Origin: a virus
Length of the DNA stretch: 64,000 nt
Reading direction: 5' to 3' (one strand)
IMG/VR virus record: IMGVR_UViG_3300035228_001078
Under the pieces are notes generated by a model. That model had not been told where the DNA came from. It worked only from the letters and a program-made list of their open reading frames with translations, and did not search any database. Shown here one piece after another: positions 35,441 to 47,400 of the stretch. Within the stretch, counting starts at the first letter, position 1. Each line of letters opens with the position of its first letter. The translations under genes were made by a program, and so were the position numbers.

Positions 35441-38400
35441 GCAACGGCGAGAGCTCTCAGTCTCTTAATAATAGGATACTCAGCTTGATTAGTTCCACTG
35501 AATGCAATTTTAATTTGGAAACCAGTGAAACTAGGAAGGTTATCGATAGTGTATTCGTATTCCTTATATTGGGTTGGGTCTGCAATTGTATCTATATCTG
35601 GGAGACCTGTATTAGCGTTGGGGTCAATTACCTTATCGCCAAATCCAGATCCATCCGTATCAATAAGATTAGGATATCCAGGGAACAATTCAAAAGCAGG
35701 AGTAGAACTACTATCTGATGTAAAGAGAGAGTAAGAAACTCTAAATTCTGCAGAGGCAGGTCTACGAGCATCAAATAGAACTCTTAGAGAAGTTGCAGGA
35801 TTCTTAATGTAAATCGGGTTCGACATATAGTAAGAACCGTGGGGATCATTGAATCTAGTATTTGCTCTAGCGTCAGTAGCATAGTCATCAATTGGTTTGT
35901 TGATCCTATTCTCTAACAATTGAGCTTCAACAGTCTCAAGATCAACACAAGGTGAGTTGAAATCATCTTCTTCATTTTCTAGTTCTAGTTCAATAGCAAA
36001 TGACTTACCTCTGTCAAGATCAGGAGTATTCTCTTTTTCATTGACAGCTGATGCAATCAATCTAACACTGGTGAGTTCGTTGTCTCTATTGAGATCAATT
36101 TCCTCAAGACCTTGATCGATGAATGATTGTTCATCACCAGAAGCAGAAGACCCAGTAACGCTCCGTATCTGTGCTGTAACGAAATCTGTTGCCCCAAGGG
36201 TAGACGCTCTGATAAGAGGTCTTATGGTGTCATACAGGTAGTTCCTAGTGGCATGAACAGATTCACCACCACCCGAAGATACCTCAGTAAAGGAGAGTTG
36301 TGGGAAGTCATTAACCGTGTCATCAGTAGATCTACTTGTTCCACGAGCGATCTTAACATAGTAACCATCAGGCTGAATTGCAGATGTCACAACATCATGC
36401 TCAGCATTGATTTTCCTAAGAGAAATACCGAACAGTTCATACTTAGCAATAGCGGTATCTTTCTTATGGTTGAGAGCTGTAGTGGAATCTGAACCTCTAG
36501 AAACACCACCAATACTGGTCATTCCAACTTGAGTGTAAGAGATGATTTCACTTCCACCAACAAGAGCATATCCAGTATTTGCAGCACTAACCGCAACACC
36601 CTCAAATTTCTCAAATACATCAGTAGATGCAACAGAAATGGTTGTTTCGCTAGCGAGAGTCTCAACACTAAGTTCGGTAGGAACTGTGGAAGGAATTCCA
36701 CCTTCAATGAGAACCTTATTGTTTGCTCCGTACATGCCATGATCAAGTTGATCTACAAAGAAGTATTCACCAGTAAAGAAAGAACCCTGATCTTGATATG
36801 AGAGGATACTTAGATTAGTATTAATAATAGATCCAGTGTCATGATGATACTGCAACTTATTAGTTCCTGATGTTGTATCAAACTCTTCAGATTGAACATC
36901 AGTTAGATACAGAGTATCGATACCATTGATTGAGTTGATACCAATACGAACTCCTTGCCCACCACCAGATGTGCTGGATGTTACAATACCTATAACATCA
37001 CCAACTCTGTATCCAGTACCAGGAGAAACAATAGTGGCACCAGTAACGGCAGATTGTCCTGCAGATACGGTGATGTTCATAGTCAACCCAGAACCATCTC
37101 CAGTAATGTTAAATGTATCTACGGGGTTAGATGGTGTCCCATATCTCTTACCGCCAGTCAGAAGACCGACAGTACCATTTGCAGGACCACCTTTACCATC
37201 GATATAACCATAACGGAAGTTCTCAATAGTTTCTGTGATCTTTCTACCTTCAGTGAAGACAGTTCCAATAAGACCAGCGTTTGTGGTTGTTTGAATACCC
37301 AGCGTAGCTAACTTAGGAATTGATGTAAGTGGATGGAAGTTAAGAGTTTCAAGGAAACCATTGTTAGGTCTAATCGGAGGATTGTAGAAGGTTACTGTTC
37401 CCGTAGAGGATGTAAACTTCGCTCTATACATCTTGAATGTAAGGTCTTCAAACTGTGTAGGAGTCCAAGTAGAACCGTTTTGAGACTTAAATAGAGAACC
37501 TAATGCCCACTGCTGAGAATAAATTCTACCCTGTGCCTCAGGTAATGTCTGAGCATTCAGAGCTTTCTGACCCATCTCACCACAGAAACATTCGTATTCG
37601 TCACTCTCAGACAAGAGAACGATTGCAGCCTGCATACCAGGATCCAGATAAACTGGAGACTTGAATTTAATGTTTGTAGCAACAGTTCCGTCTTCTGATG
37701 TTGTAATATCATTTGGACGAAGAGTAACTGTGGAATGCTTATCTACCATATCCAAGGTAGGCAAACCAAGTTCTACTGTTCTAATTTCACAAGTTACTGG
37801 AGTTGTACCTGTAGATTTCGTCTTAAAGAAAACATCAATAGATGTAATCCATGCACCCTCAGGTCCTATAAGGAATGATTGTGCCAACGGATCTCGATTT
37901 CTCCGTCTAACTCTTCTCCTTCTTCTTCTCCTAGTCCTAACTCTTCTGCGTGTGTTGCGTATTCTTCTTCTGTTCCGCCTGGTTCGTCGCCCAATATTAC
38001 GGAGCCTACGCCTAATTCTCGCTAGACCTCTTCTAGGAGAAGGTGCTGGTGGCGCTGGTGGCGGTGGTGGAGGTGGAGGTGGTACAGAAACGCTGAGGTT
38101 AATTGTAGACAGATTGGTAATCGTCGTAGTCTCAAGAGTTGTAACTCTAATATCTGTCTGAATAACTCTTGTAGTACCAGTTGCATTATATCTACCAATA
38201 GCACTAGAAATTGAAGTCTCACCAATTACTGGAGTAGCATTGCTTTGACTAGAGGTAAGCTTAAATTCTCTTGCACCAGATCTAATTCTTACAGTTGGTG
38301 TAGGAGACTGGTTAGGGTTTTGAATAAAGATAGATCCAAGCAAGTCACCAAAGTCATCTGACACCAAGTTAATTTCAGATATAGTCGCTTGAGCACCACT

Positions 38401-41400
38401 ACTGACACCTCTGAGGACCATACCTTCTTCAGCAAAACCGAAGAATGCACCTTGAGCTGCCTCTGACAATGCTGCAGTATCTACATTAAGAACCGTAGAT
38501 GCCTGAGAATATCCATTAGGAAGAGGTACGGTTGAGTCATAAGGGTTGACTAAGAATGTCTCAGTCGGGCTGTTAAATGCACCTCCCTTATGATTTGGTG
38601 TACAAAGTCTAAATTCAAAAATTGTATCCGTGCCGTTAACAGCAGTTCCTCTTATGGTTTCACCAACTGTAAAAGCACCAGAGAGATCTCTAACCTGAAG
38701 CAGTTTAGGAATAATATCAATCCCACCTTGATTATCAAAGAACGGGAAGTATGTGGTTGTGGGTTTCAGACCAATAGATCTAAAATCAATGTTTCTAGAA
38801 CGGCAGAATGGGTCAAAGTTTTCAGCAGCAATAAATGTATTCTCTGATCTGATGTCATCTCTCTGAACTGTTCTACCAGTTTCTCTAGTTGAAGTGCTAG
38901 CTCTACCGCCTAATGCGCCTGAGGTTACAGAGAGATTAGCAGTTACCTGGTTATTGAAAACCGTAATACCAATAGTATCTCTAATGGTATTTTGAGTTCT
39001 TTGTGTATTGATCCAGTTATCAATAGAAGGAGTTAACTCAATAGTACCTGTATAGGATACAACATGGAAGGGGTTAACATTGTTTACCTTTGTGGCAAAT
39101 TCCTGCTCAAGGTATACTTCTTCTACATACTTCAGCGTGACCAGACTACCAGTCTTCTGAGTGTTTTCAGCGTCTAAGAGTTCAAAGTTAGTATTAAAGT
39201 CAATTTGTTCTGCAGGAAGATTAACGGCACCAGCAAGTTGCAAATTGATTGTATCAAGAGTTCTCAGAGGTCTGATTTCTTGCAACTCTGTGTCAATATC
39301 GACGGGAGCAGATGGGTGAATGAAAGACTCATCTTTGAAACTATCTACAAAGAAACCAGACTTAAATCTATCCAGTCCATTTGCATCTTTAACTTGAATG
39401 GATTCAACAGATCTCTCAAGAAGAGACAATGTTGTAACCTCTTCAAGGTTCTTGACTCTGTTTGCGATATTATCAATATCGCGCATTGTGTAACGCTTAT
39501 TCTCTTTATGATAAACTCTAACTTCACTTGTATCTCTAAGGAATGCAGGAAGCAGAACTGTTGCTACCTCCATTGACTTTTCAGGCGCTGCTGGAGCAAG
39601 AGGAGATCTTGCGGGTTTACCTCTAACAAGATTGAATTCGTCGGAACCAGCCTCAAGAACTAACTTATCAATTCTTGCAAGATAGTATGAATAATCAAAT
39701 ACACAACTACCATTCGGCGTCAGGATTCTATCTGGTTTGCCAGAGAAATCTCTTGATGTGTAGAAGAATGGTGAAATTGTAGCAGTATCTGGATTAAATG
39801 TATCAACCCTTGGTCTAAAGTCAAGAACATCATGTGCAAAGACTTGACCAGGACCAATCTGCGGAATATCGTCTTTATATCTTTCCTGATCATAACTGTT
39901 TACTGTGAATACATCACCAGTATCAGTTGAAGGAACAGAAAATCTGTTAAAGATAACTAATAGCTGTTTAGAAGGAGCATACGATCCAGAGTTTCTAGTA
40001 ATTCTGGAATAGTCATAATATTGATTTTCTTGCCCCTTATCCAGAATATAATTTGTTGTAATGTTTCTATACTTACCAGGAGTCAAAGCCTGACATACGG
40101 CAGATGTGTTTGATTCTAAGAAAGATAGGTTTTCTAGAATATTGAATCTAGCATTGTTTTTATAAACAACATTAATCTGATTACTTCCAGAATCAATAGA
40201 AACTACAGTAGCAAGTGCCTTGCTAATTTCACCAAAAATTACTTCACCAACAATAGCTATATTAAAGATATCATCAGTTGATGTAAATGTAAGTTTATCT
40301 AATATGGGTGCATTAAGATCTAGTGACTCATAGATTGCTACAATATTTGAAACATCAGGATAATTGAGACAAACTTCCCTATCTTGAACTCTAATTCCAT
40401 ATAGATCGCTATGGTTTAAACCATCATTAACACTGGTTTGAATACCTACACCAGATCTCAAATTGGTTGATCTAGTGATAGAAGTTTGAGTGCATCTAAT
40501 AAAATCTTTTACTTTGTTCTTAATTACCAGTTTTTCAACTACAACATTTACTGTTACATTGCTCTGACTAAACGCGAGACCTGTAATAGTAAGTTGAGTT
40601 CCATTGGTAACTGTAACTTGAGACGAATCAATAGTCGCAATCGTTCCGTTGCTGTAAACTACTTGATAGTCTTCTTGGTCAAATGGTACGAATATAACAT
40701 CATCTAAATCTACGGAACTGATTGATACGACCAATACGCCTACTGCGCTAGTCGTTTCATTTCTAACTTGAGAACTAAGGCGGAGTGTAGAGTCTGTAAA
40801 GTCTACATTCTCAATCAATGCATCTGGGATGGGTGCAATGAGAGAGCTATTAACCAGAGAAACATCTTGCTGTCCTCTAAAAATTTTACCCGTGAACGCC
40901 TTAACACCACCATCAAACAAGTCAGATACAGTTGTCATGGCACCGACTCTCATCGATGTGCCGCTTGCATCAATATCGCGAACAACATTTCTTGTAAGAA
41001 CAGATGTATTAACACCAGCACTTGTGTTAGGTACTTCAAAAACAACAACATCACCGGGTTTGAAGACTCTAAAGTCAACATTAGTACCTGAGGTGACATC
41101 ACCACCTGAAGTGACCTTGACATTACCGTCTCCAATAGAAGGAACTGGTCTCTTCGTCAGTTTCTTCTGGCAGGAAAAATTACCAGGGTCTTGAGAAAAG
41201 TTATAGACATCGTTGATACCAAAACGAGTTGTCTCTTCTACAGTTCTACTAATATCTGCTCGTCCATTAATAGAGATTTTTTCTCCTGCAATAAAAGATC
41301 CAGAAGTTTGTGTAACATTAACAGTACTGCTACCTGCACCTGCAGCTACAGCATATCCAGATGCACCACTCCTTTCACCAACAATATAAGACGAAAGAAT

Positions 41401-42837
41401 CATTTCATCAGCACTGACATTCTCGTTGAGTTGCAGTGTGGTGTATGTTTGGATATCATACAAATACAAATTCCAGTCTGTGCTGTCATTCTCATAAGCA
41501 GCATCTTTTAGACCGAAGTTATAAATTTTTGCATCGCCAATTTTGCTTGCAGTGCCAGCAGCTAAATTAGTGACACTATTGTTGGGACCACCATACAAAT
41601 CAACTCTGTTTGTAAGTGTGGCAACACCAACTACATCATTAACAGCAAACTTGTTACCCATCTCAAAGATGAATTGAGATTTGACAACATTCTCAACATC
41701 TCTAGGTTTGTCAAAATCAATGATGGTTGGACTATCTTTAACTACATCATATCCATAAACATATGCTTTACCAGAACTAATTTTCAAGCAAGCTAGATCT
41801 TCACCAGGTTCATTGCCATCAAATGTTGTCTGGTCTTCAAAATATACACCTTCGTTACCCTCCCTATCATTCAGACAGTCAGCAGCACTAACCTTGAATG
41901 ATTCTACCGTATAGTTTCCAGACTCATCAAATGTTCTCTTTGCCAGGTAATCTCTAATTCTATTATATTCAGTGTCTATCTTAAGATTAAAGGTAACACC
42001 TTCTTGAACTCTTACAATTTCTACAAAGTCAGTGTCGTCAAATTCACCAAGATCCTTGGTGAATAACTGCAGATCAATTTTAAATCTATCTGCACCAGGA
42101 GCTGCAAAGTTTGAAAAACCTTTTGCGTTATCATAAAGAGTATTATCTGCTTTAGCAGATACTGTAGATTCTAAAACTCTGAGACCAATTCTTTTTGATG
42201 GTTCAGGGCTATATTGATCTAGAATAATTGTTTGCTTATTTACCTTTACAAAGTGACCTCTGATAAAGTAAATGCCATCATCGACAGAAGCTGCAGATCC
42301 AATAAGACATGCATCAATACTAATCGTAGATGCAAATGTAGATCCAGTATTAATTGTCGTATTACCGTAAGTAACAGTCTCTTCAGTAATCAGAATTTCT
42401 GAGTTATCAAAGAAAGAAAAGTCACCACTAGTATTTGAATTAATATATTTTACATATAATGTGTCGTAATCCTTATCTGATTGCGCCGATGTAATATAAT
42501 TTACAACTTTTGCAGTGACTCCAGTGCTCTGTCCTCTAATTCTTTTACCAATAAAAGACTGTGCATAAACGCCAACATCAATGCCAAGGTGTGTTGGATT
42601 TAATTGAACAGCAAAGTATTGTGGGTCAAATGTAACGCCACCAGGAACCACCATGGATCCCTCTTTGAACATATGTGTTCCAAAGGATTCTACTTGGTTC
42701 TGTAGAATCGACTGTAGTGTCGATAATTCTCTAGCCTGAACAGGAAACCCAGGTTTGAACAGAACTCTGTGATATCCCTTTGTAGGATCAAAGTCGTCAT
42801 AAAATGGGCTGACATTTAAGTTAGTCTGTTGTGGCAT
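35437..42837 (-). CDS. VrlC-like / DUF4815 large virion (baseplate-associated) protein (2466 aa)
   Basis: NLNVSPFYDDFD...VLFKPGFPVQARELSTLQSILQNQ, RTFDESGNY, RFKSGFFVDSF, NVNPF, DPLAQSF, GSLFKSQNGSTW. Confidence 0.9.
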   Translation of the reverse strand: MPQQTNLNVSPFYDDFDPTKGYHRVLFKPGFPVQARELSTLQSILQNQVESFGTHMFKEGSMVVPGGVTFDPQYFAVQLNPTHLGIDVGVYAQSFIGKRIRGQSTGVTAKVVNYITSAQSDKDYDTLYVKYINSNTSGDFSFFDNSEILITEETVTYGNTTINTGSTFASTISIDACLIGSAASVDDGIYFIRGHFVKVNKQTIILDQYSPEPSKRIGLRVLESTVSAKADNTLYDNAKGFSNFAAPGADRFKIDLQLFTKDLGEFDDTDFVEIVRVQEGVTFNLKIDTEYNRIRDYLAKRTFDESGNYTVESFKVSAADCLNDREGNEGVYFEDQTTFDGNEPGEDLACLKISSGKAYVYGYDVVKDSPTIIDFDKPRDVENVVKSQFIFEMGNKFAVNDVVGVATLTNRVDLYGGPNNSVTNLAAGTASKIGDAKIYNFGLKDAAYENDSTDWNLYLYDIQTYTTLQLNENVSADEMILSSYIVGERSGASGYAVAAGAGSSTVNVTQTSGSFIAGEKISINGRADISRTVEETTRFGINDVYNFSQDPGNFSCQKKLTKRPVPSIGDGNVKVTSGGDVTSGTNVDFRVFKPGDVVVFEVPNTSAGVNTSVLTRNVVRDIDASGTSMRVGAMTTVSDLFDGGVKAFTGKIFRGQQDVSLVNSSLIAPIPDALIENVDFTDSTLRLSSQVRNETTSAVGVLVVSISSVDLDDVIFVPFDQEDYQVVYSNGTIATIDSSQVTVTNGTQLTITGLAFSQSNVTVNVVVEKLVIKNKVKDFIRCTQTSITRSTNLRSGVGIQTSVNDGLNHSDLYGIRVQDREVCLNYPDVSNIVAIYESLDLNAPILDKLTFTSTDDIFNIAIVGEVIFGEISKALATVVSIDSGSNQINVVYKNNARFNILENLSFLESNTSAVCQALTPGKYRNITTNYILDKGQENQYYDYSRITRNSGSYAPSKQLLVIFNRFSVPSTDTGDVFTVNSYDQERYKDDIPQIGPGQVFAHDVLDFRPRVDTFNPDTATISPFFYTSRDFSGKPDRILTPNGSCVFDYSYYLARIDKLVLEAGSDEFNLVRGKPARSPLAPAAPEKSMEVATVLLPAFLRDTSEVRVYHKENKRYTMRDIDNIANRVKNLEEVTTLSLLERSVESIQVKDANGLDRFKSGFFVDSFKDESFIHPSAPVDIDTELQEIRPLRTLDTINLQLAGAVNLPAEQIDFNTNFELLDAENTQKTGSLVTLKYVEEVYLEQEFATKVNNVNPFHVVSYTGTIELTPSIDNWINTQRTQNTIRDTIGITVFNNQVTANLSVTSGALGGRASTSTRETGRTVQRDDIRSENTFIAAENFDPFCRSRNIDFRSIGLKPTTTYFPFFDNQGGIDIIPKLLQVRDLSGAFTVGETIRGTAVNGTDTIFEFRLCTPNHKGGAFNSPTETFLVNPYDSTVPLPNGYSQASTVLNVDTAALSEAAQGAFFGFAEEGMVLRGVSSGAQATISEINLVSDDFGDLLGSIFIQNPNQSPTPTVRIRSGAREFKLTSSQSNATPVIGETSISSAIGRYNATGTTRVIQTDIRVTTLETTTITNLSTINLSVSVPPPPPPPPPAPPAPSPRRGLARIRRRLRNIGRRTRRNRRRIRNTRRRVRTRRRRRRRVRRRNRDPLAQSFLIGPEGAWITSIDVFFKTKSTGTTPVTCEIRTVELGLPTLDMVDKHSTVTLRPNDITTSEDGTVATNIKFKSPVYLDPGMQAAIVLLSESDEYECFCGEMGQKALNAQTLPEAQGRIYSQQWALGSLFKSQNGSTWTPTQFEDLTFKMYRAKFTSSTGTVTFYNPPIRPNNGFLETLNFHPLTSIPKLATLGIQTTTNAGLIGTVFTEGRKITETIENFRYGYIDGKGGPANGTVGLLTGGKRYGTPSNPVDTFNITGDGSGLTMNITVSAGQSAVTGATIVSPGTGYRVGDVIGIVTSSTSGGGQGVRIGINSINGIDTLYLTDVQSEEFDTTSGTNKLQYHHDTGSIINTNLSILSYQDQGSFFTGEYFFVDQLDHGMYGANNKVLIEGGIPSTVPTELSVETLASETTISVASTDVFEKFEGVAVSAANTGYALVGGSEIISYTQVGMTSIGGVSRGSDSTTALNHKKDTAIAKYELFGISLRKINAEHDVVTSAIQPDGYYVKIARGTSRSTDDTVNDFPQLSFTEVSSGGGESVHATRNYLYDTIRPLIRASTLGATDFVTAQIRSVTGSSASGDEQSFIDQGLEEIDLNRDNELTSVRLIASAVNEKENTPDLDRGKSFAIELELENEEDDFNSPCVDLETVEAQLLENRINKPIDDYATDARANTRFNDPHGSYYMSNPIYIKNPATSLRVLFDARRPASAEFRVSYSLFTSDSSSTPAFELFPGYPNLIDTDGSGFGDKVIDPNANTGLPDIDTIADPTQYKEYEYTIDNLPSFTGFQIKIAFSGTNQAEYPIIKRLRALAVA

Positions 42838-42841
42838 CTTC

Positions 42842-44413
42842 TTAGAATTCTAAAACAATTTTAATGTCTTCTTTTTGACGCTCATTTCTAGAAATAGATG
42901 GTCTATTGTCTAGGTAAATAATTTCGCCAGTCCTCTTATTTAGTTCAGGACCAGCAAGACCATTGGTGTAAGACACACCTAGATCAACAACTTTACCCGA
43001 TGGAGTAACAGTAGAAATACCAGTAAATCCTGAGTCAATCGTTACACTAAATGGTCCAGATGTAACTGCATCACCAGTTGCACTGAAAGGAACAACCTTG
43101 GCATCGAGACTCACGCCAATGTTATCGGTCTCATCGTATTTGTCAGGATGTAAAAATAGATTTCTGTCAGAGAAATATTTAACCACCTGAGTGCTGGTGT
43201 CATATGATGCGACATAACCTCTTGCAGTTCCTACACCAGGGATATTTTGCGTAATCTCACTACCAATAGCGAGAGACTGTGTAATGTCTCCTGTGTATTT
43301 TAGAGCACTAGCAGCAGTAAACTCAGATGTGTTTAACAGAGCCGTAGAACCAGCACCAGCTGACACTGGGTTCTTAAGAAGACCTACCTGAGCAAACACA
43401 GTGTCCGAAATAAAGTCATAACTAGAATTATCAAATCTAGTGTAAATCAGGACTTTATCTGTACCCAACTCTTTATAAAGATCGAATCCATGACCTCTAG
43501 ATGGGGGAATGATTGGAACCAGTTTTGCAAACCTAGCAGCAGATCCATTAATAGAAGAAAGATCAATTCTGGCAAAACTATATCCTTGACCACCTGCGGT
43601 TACTTTTGCAGAAATAATTTGACCACTAGTATTGGTTTGTACTCTACATTTTCCACCAACACCATCACCAAGAATATCAACCTCAATTGGTGAGGCAAGG
43701 AAAGAGTAACCAGCTCCCTGCTCGTCAATAGAGATTACTTTAATTTGGTTATTATTAATTATTGAGTCACCATTTTCTCGAACAACCTTAACTTCGTTTT
43801 CTACGGAACTGCTCCATTGATTAGGAACAGCCACATATTCGGTTGAGTCAAATTTGACAATATCAGCAGGAGGAACAGTAAAGAGGTATTTCCATAGATA
43901 ACCGTCACCACTCGTTCCAGCAGCGGATGGTTCTAAATCAGTAAATGTTGGTTCATCTAGTGATGCTCCCGCGATGGAGTTAATACCAGCTGCACCATTA
44001 TCAATACAAATATAGACTCGAAAGTCTTTATTCATTATATAATAATTCGCGGAATATAATCTACTAGAGTTAGAAACTAGAGATCTATTGTTTGTGTCAT
44101 AGTCATGTCGGTACATATCATACGATGTACCTTTTGTCCATTGAGTTTTGCGAACTAGTCTACGAACATCTCCAGGAAGAATCTTTCTTCCAAACAACAT
44201 AGTATCATAGACATGATTACTATAACTAATACTATCCACTGGAGAAGGTGGTTGAACAGTTGTACTGTTCCAGGTATCAGTTCTGCCGTATCCTGCAATT
44301 GTAGGATTCGCTAGACTCAGAAATGTGTAATAGGAATTATCGCCACTAATAACGGACTCAACAAAATTGTTGGCATTAATAATCCTAAATTGATCGGTAA
44401 TGATTGCAGCCAT
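42842..44413 (-). CDS. gp8: Baseplate wedge subunit
   Basis: MAAIITDQFRI, YDMYRHDY, RVYICIDNG, DGYLWKYLFT, GEIIYLDNR...QKEDIKIVLEF. Confidence 0.93.
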   Translation of the reverse strand: MAAIITDQFRIINANNFVESVISGDNSYYTFLSLANPTIAGYGRTDTWNSTTVQPPSPVDSISYSNHVYDTMLFGRKILPGDVRRLVRKTQWTKGTSYDMYRHDYDTNNRSLVSNSSRLYSANYYIMNKDFRVYICIDNGAAGINSIAGASLDEPTFTDLEPSAAGTSGDGYLWKYLFTVPPADIVKFDSTEYVAVPNQWSSSVENEVKVVRENGDSIINNNQIKVISIDEQGAGYSFLASPIEVDILGDGVGGKCRVQTNTSGQIISAKVTAGGQGYSFARIDLSSINGSAARFAKLVPIIPPSRGHGFDLYKELGTDKVLIYTRFDNSSYDFISDTVFAQVGLLKNPVSAGAGSTALLNTSEFTAASALKYTGDITQSLAIGSEITQNIPGVGTARGYVASYDTSTQVVKYFSDRNLFLHPDKYDETDNIGVSLDAKVVPFSATGDAVTSGPFSVTIDSGFTGISTVTPSGKVVDLGVSYTNGLAGPELNKRTGEIIYLDNRPSISRNERQKEDIKIVLEF

Positions 44414-44446
44414 TATTAATAAGCAGTAGGAATCCTGGTTTTTTTC

Positions 44447-44454
44447 TATTTATA
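44447..44454 (-). promoter_or_regulatory. T4 late promoter TATAAATA (gp8)
   Basis: Exact match overlapping the gp7 stop. Confidence 0.8.
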
Positions 44455-47400
44455 ACCGTCTTGGTAGAGCTCCAGTTTCTCTAAGACCAACACCTCTACG
44501 CTGAACGGTAGGATAAGCATCTAGATCATCCGAATATGTAAAACCACTAACAGCAAGTGCTACTGGTTGAGCTCCACGAGTAAACCCAGAGAACTTACCC
44601 CAAGTTAGATGACAATATGGAATTGCGGTAGATCCGATACCAACAAAATCACTCACATCAGTGTAAGAAGCAATGTTCGCAGTGATGATTCCATTTCTAC
44701 CACCGTTCTTAAATGTTAGAGCGGATGTATAGTAAATGCTGTCACCGTATTCTGTACTAATTGCAACAATTCTACTGTCATGATCAAAGATACTTGTAAC
44801 GGCAGCACCAAGTGTATTGATACCAGTACCATACAACTTGAACGGTCTGTTGGTTTCAAATCCAGTGACATTCTTTCCAGTGTTAACAAGATCGGAAATA
44901 TCAAAGTCAATCTTCAGTGCAAGATCAGTTCCAATACCAGGACAAGTAGAAATGCCAGTTACTAGACCAATATAACCTTGGATGTTTGCAACTAGATTAG
45001 GAACACCTACAAGTTGCTCATGATTAATACCACTCGCTGCAGTCGTACCGAAACCAACTTCTGCAAAAGCGAACAGATTCAATGTACTCGCTGACAATGC
45101 ATCTGTAGTTCCTTTGAATAATGCAGTGGAATCAACATATACTTCAGCATCATTTGTTGAGAAATCTGCGATGATATGAGAGAATGGATTAATTAATGCC
45201 TCAAGAGAGTCTCTAGCTTTGGTAACTAATTGACCTTCAATGATAAAGTCTCTCTTCTGCTTATTCCATGTGACCGGTTTAAATACATCATTACTAATAC
45301 CAACACCTTGATAGAAAGGAGTTTCTACAACAGCAGCACTATCAATCCTGGTAACAATTCTTTCACGCTCCTGAGCACCGCTTCTGCTGTCCTTAGGAAC
45401 TCTATTAAATTCAACATCTGTGCTCTTATTGATTTTTAGACTATCACCAACTTTAACATTTTCATTTACACCAAAGATGAAACTATCTTGACCAATTGTT
45501 CCTCTGTAGAAGAAGATAACAACATTATCTTGTGTAGTGGGAGCAGTAGTAAACTCCAATATAGAACCACCAGTAAACTGATAGTTTCTACCTGGTTCCT
45601 GTACAACACCATTGATGAATACCAACAGAACTGTAGAAAGATCAATTTCTTTAGAATCTAAGTCATTAATGTCAGTCTCAAAGCTAACCAGTTGTCTTTC
45701 ATAATACAACGGGAATCTCTTTCTACTTCCATCTTGATCAGCCTTGATGCTGTCAATATAGTCAATGTTACCAAACTGCCAAGATGCAATCTGATCAGTA
45801 AAGACAGAAACTACTTCAAGTTCAAATTCTTGGAAACTGTCACCAGCATTAGGATCGGTGGAAAGACCAGCAACGGTAAATTTATCACCACGCTTGAATC
45901 CATATCCCTTCTTGCTAAATTCAAACTCCTTAACTTCAAAGAGTGTAGATCCAATACCAGTTGCAGTGCCCACTCCAAGAACTTGGACACAGATAGATGC
46001 ACCAACACCAGTTATGGTAGTGTTGCCCAATCCAATTCTTGATATACCGACGATTGGCAGATTTTCGCCATTAGGTTCTGGTGGCAGAGCATTTGCATTT
46101 ACATAGTTACTACCACCATCATTGACAGTAAAGATCAGAGTTCCGCCTGCACCAACAACTGCACTGATGTCAGCTCCAGTTCCAGCACCACCACCAACAC
46201 CAATATTAACTGCGATTGTATTAGTGGTGACAGAATTAATCGATGTAAAGATGCCAGCAACAGGATCTGTAGGTCTTGGATACAGGTGCTCTCCAAGATA
46301 ATTATCTCTAGAACACTTAAATCCAATAGAATCAGTTGCGATAGCAACAGTGTTGCTGGTTGTCAAACCATGGTTGGGAATTGTAAGAATTAGATTACCA
46401 GTTGTGGATGCATAACTTGCAGTGGTTGCAGTATAAGCAGAACCAGTATTAGCAGTAATAGACCCTAAACCAGCTGATGAGAATGTATGAGCATACTCAT
46501 AATCAGTGACTGCAATACCAATAGTTCCAATATTTGTTTTGTAACCAGAACCAAATGATAGAGGATAATATTGTGCAACTGTGCCACCACTTTCGTAAGT
46601 GTGTGGAATAGTCGAAGGACCAACCAGTGTCTTAAATGTTCTTGCTGAAATAATTCCAGTAACAGGAAGCGAATCCTCATAGTCTGGGAAGAAACTGGTA
46701 GTAATACCCTGATAATTCAAAGTCTTAATAGAATCAGTAGTCGCACTGATAAATGTATGTACAGACTGAGGTAAAGACTGAATTGCGCTTGTAGCAGCAG
46801 AAACAAATGTATGTGCAGATGTTCCTGTTCCACCAGTACCGACATTTAGTTCAATTGTTCCTGTTTGCTTGACTAGTGCTCCAGAAGCGGCAGAAATAAA
46901 GGTGTGACCATATCTCTGTCCAACAGGAGAGGCACCTACATCGATAGAGAATGTGTTTGCAGCGGTACTTGCAACTGCTACCCACTTACCATTAATAGGA
47001 TCGGATGACCTTGGATATGTGTGATTGGTTGCATTACCATCCTGAGTGCATGTAAATGTTAAGGAGTTGCCTTGAATCTGTACTCTGTTACCAACCATCA
47101 GGTTATGACCTGCAGAAGTTGCAGTCAGGATACCCGCAGTTGAATCATATTGAGCAGCAGTAATATTTGAAGTTACTGTACCAATTGCAACAACACTAAG
47201 AGATGTTCCAGAAGCTGGATCGGTAGCACGAGGATATGTGTGGTTAGTTGCGTTACTATCTTGAGCACATGTGAATGTAAATGCATTGTCTGGGATTACA
47301 ACACCCTTACCAACATACAAATCATGAGTGCCAATAGTAACAGTCATAATACCTACATTAGGATTATAATCTGCCGCACTGGGATTCCAATAAACATTAG

